64,000 nucleotides of DNA. Source: Octopus sinensis. Taxonomy: Eukaryota. The stretch is from the NCBI RefSeq assembly GCF_006345805.1, contig NC_043000.1, positions 108,624,001 through 108,688,000 of the forward strand, read 5' to 3'. Every line of letters begins with the position of its first letter. Positions within the stretch are counted from its first letter, which is position 1. Positions 61,480 to 64,000 of this stretch are shown here, piece after piece. The notes beneath the pieces are model-generated. The model was not told where the DNA came from. It made no database searches and saw nothing but the letters and a program-made list of their open reading frames with translations. Position numbers and translations under genes: made by a program.

Positions 61480-62900
61480 TGGCTGCAAAGTTGGTCAGAT
61501 AAATCCTCTCCTTTTCATGGATGATATAAAGGTTTATGCGAAAAAGGAGAAACAACTTGAAAATCTTGTACATACTATCCACATTTTCTCAAATGACACA
61601 GATATGGAATTTGGGATAGAAAAGTGCATTATATTGAAAATGAAACAAGAAAGATTTGAAAGAAGTCAGGAAATTGAAATGGCAAAACAATGAGAGCAAT
61701 TGAGAAAGGACAGTGGTATGAGTATTTGGGAATACTGGAAGCAGACAAGATGAAAATGAAGAAATTTCCAGTAGGGTGTTCACAAGGAGAGTAAGAAAAT
61801 TATTGCAGTCAAAACTGAATTCCAAAGATCTTATTGAAGCAATAAATTCAAGAGCAGCACCCTTAATCAGATATGGAGTTGGAATTATAGACTGGACCAG
61901 AAATGATATAAAGAAACTTGACAGAAAAACTAGGAAGTTGTTGACAATGTATGGAGCCCACTATCCGAAAGCTGATATCAACCAGCTGTACTTGGGGAGA
62001 GACCAGGGTGGAAGACGCTTAATAGCAATAGAAGAATGTGTACAGATGGAAAGAGAAAGTCTAGTAGAGTATTTACAGAGCAGCACAGAAAAACTACTGA
62101 AGACAGTTAAGAGAGAACAGGTGATGAAGCGCGTCATAGGAGAAAAAGACAAGAATGAAATACAAAGAGAGCATATCAGACAGATCAAAGAGAAACCTGT
62201 GCATGGCCAATTTTGGAGACCCACTTAAGACACATGTGGAATAAAATCCTGAGCTTGGTTAAAATAAGAAACAGATAGCCTAATCATAACATTCCAAGAT
62301 AAGCGATAAAAAAAAAACAACTTGAGAAAAAATATACATGGAGAGAGTGTGTCATAAAAATATAGAGGCTGTGGAACTTGGAATGAGACAGTGGCAGAAT
62401 GTCCCAAGTTGGCACAGGAAAAATATAAGGAATGGAGGTATGACCAGTTTTACACTGGAAACTGTACCAAAATTGGAGATCTGAAGCTGGAAACACATGG
62501 TACAATCATCGAGTTGAAAGAGTCCTAGAGTTGGAGAAATGGAAGATTTTGTGAGACTTTCCTATTCAAATGGAGGACAAGAAATTAGAAAACAATAGAC
62601 CAGACTTATAAATAAGGAAAAGCAAAGTTGCTTACTTATCAACCCATCACACCCATTTGATTCCAGGATAGTCAAGAAAGAGGAAGGAAAACAAAAAAAT
62701 ACAATCCCTTAAAATTTTAAATAGAAAGAACTTGGAGCATGCGAACAGTAAAGGCCTGCCTGGTAGAGCTCCTATAGAAAATTTGTCTCTTGGGGACAGC
62801 AAGGATTATCAGGAAGGTTCTAAGCACTTGAAAGACTGCTGAAAACTTGTGGATAGCTAAGGTTACAGGTAGTACCCCATTACCCACATAAATCCCACCA
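61480..62900 (+). mobile_element. Degenerate RLE-type (R4/Dong- or NeSL-like) non-LTR retrotransposon, RT end plus CCHC/RLE
   Basis: INPLLFMDDIK, MEFGIEKC, LDRKTRKLLTMYGAH and LYLGRDQGGRRL, followed by degenerate zinc-knuckle and PD-like sequence. Exact clade uncertain. Confidence 0.8.
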
Positions 62901-64000
62901 GGAATAAGACCAAACCTGAGCCAAGTTTCAAATTTTGGCACAAGGCCAGTAATTCTTTTGGGGGTGGGGAGGGCAAGTAAGTTAATTACATCAATCCCAG
63001 TACTGCACTGGTCCCTATTTTATCAACCCTGAAAGGATGAAAGGCAAAGTTAACCACAGCATAATTTGAACTCAAAACATAAAGATGGACGAAATGGCCC
63101 TAAACATTTTGCCAGCTTGCCACTTTAATAGCAATAATAATAAAATTAGAGGAATCTGAGAAGCTTTTTATTAGGTCTGATTTGTTGTGAGGTGTGCAAC
63201 AAACGCTGTAGTTGATGTGTCTTGTTCTGGTTAGATGATGGGGTTTAGAGGAACTTATTTGGGCACTGCTATTTGAGATGCTTGCCCTCCTCTGCTCTAG
63301 CTAAGTGAGGAGAGAGAGAGAAGCATGTTGTAATGGGGATGGGGAACTTACACACACATGTAAACAGGCAAAGAGGAAAAAAAATGAGGGGCAAAAAAAA
63401 AAGAAGAGAAGAAAGGAATTCCTCCCATCTTTGCAGTTTATGAGCAAGAACACACATCTCTACAGATGGTCCTCTGGCTGTCTAATGATATAACAACAGT
63501 AATAGTCTTAGGTAGAAATCAAGGACAGAGTGTGTGTGTGTGGAAGATGCGGGTAGGTTTTACTGATTCACACTCACTGTTGAAAAACTCAGACCTATTG
63601 CACCACACACACACATACTTATGTACTGTTGTAAACCCACATGTGGCAGAGACAGTTTATACATTATGAAAAAAAAAAAAATAGGGGGTAGGGATCCTTC
63701 TTTCTTTTGTAAGTTAGGGAAGTTGGAAACTCAAGACACTTGTAAAGTGGTGGGAAAATTCATAGATACATTAGTGCAGCCGGCAGTCTGAAGGAGGAGG
63801 GGGGAAGAGGATGAGATGGTAGTGTGAAGAGGAAGTTGTTTGTTTTAACAGAAGGTGATGGTGGAGGAGCAGAAGAACAGAAAAATAGGTTCTGGAGCAT
63901 TTATTTACTTTTGAGTTTCAACATTAAAATTCTGAGTTCAAATCCCTGTCAGAATAGACTTTACCTCCCACCTCTGCAGAGTACCAACATTAGATGGGAA

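Noticed and set aside
63120-63300. Acceptor-like site (ctcctcacttag) with an open frame as an upstream CAP exon
   Set aside because: The translation (LEQRRASISNSS...) has no similarity to the CAP N-terminal helical domain, no donor was found, and it runs into a SINE.
63740-63900. Pro-rich stretch on the CAP strand
   Set aside because: Low-complexity purine-rich tract on the + strand, with no convincing splice sites or CAP motifs.

Overview
AT-rich, microsatellite-dense metazoan genomic DNA. The SINE, RTE and Penelope repertoire and (TA)n density suggest a coleoid cephalopod, probably Octopus; this is an inference. Two convergent spliced genes are supported. On the + strand are the last two coding exons of a PMP22/claudin-clan four-TM protein (11300-11437, 24064-24296). 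On the - strand are the last six coding exons of adenylyl cyclase-associated protein CAP/Srv2 (61256 to 46575, 263 codons plus stop, all GT-AG junctions in phase). The 5' parts of both genes were not found and probably lie outside the window. The rest is mostly mobile DNA: RTE, CR1-like and RLE-type LINE relics, Penelope-like GIY-YIG relics, two tRNA-derived SINE families, a gypsy integrase relic, mariner, Chapaev3, piggyBac and hAT MITEs, and a Helitron. The most interesting signal is a recurring set of minimal type I hammerhead-ribozyme-like motifs with palindromic stem III. Several sit in the arms of divergent fold-back elements of about 0.2-0.5 kb per arm. Other points of note are a 21-copy 17-bp minisatellite grown from a SINE 5' end that arrays CAGGTG E-boxes, a CAP C-terminus two residues shorter than human CAP1, and a 551/561-bp tandem duplication that looks like an assembly artefact. 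Coordinates of degenerate repeats are approximate, and all structures were folded by eye.
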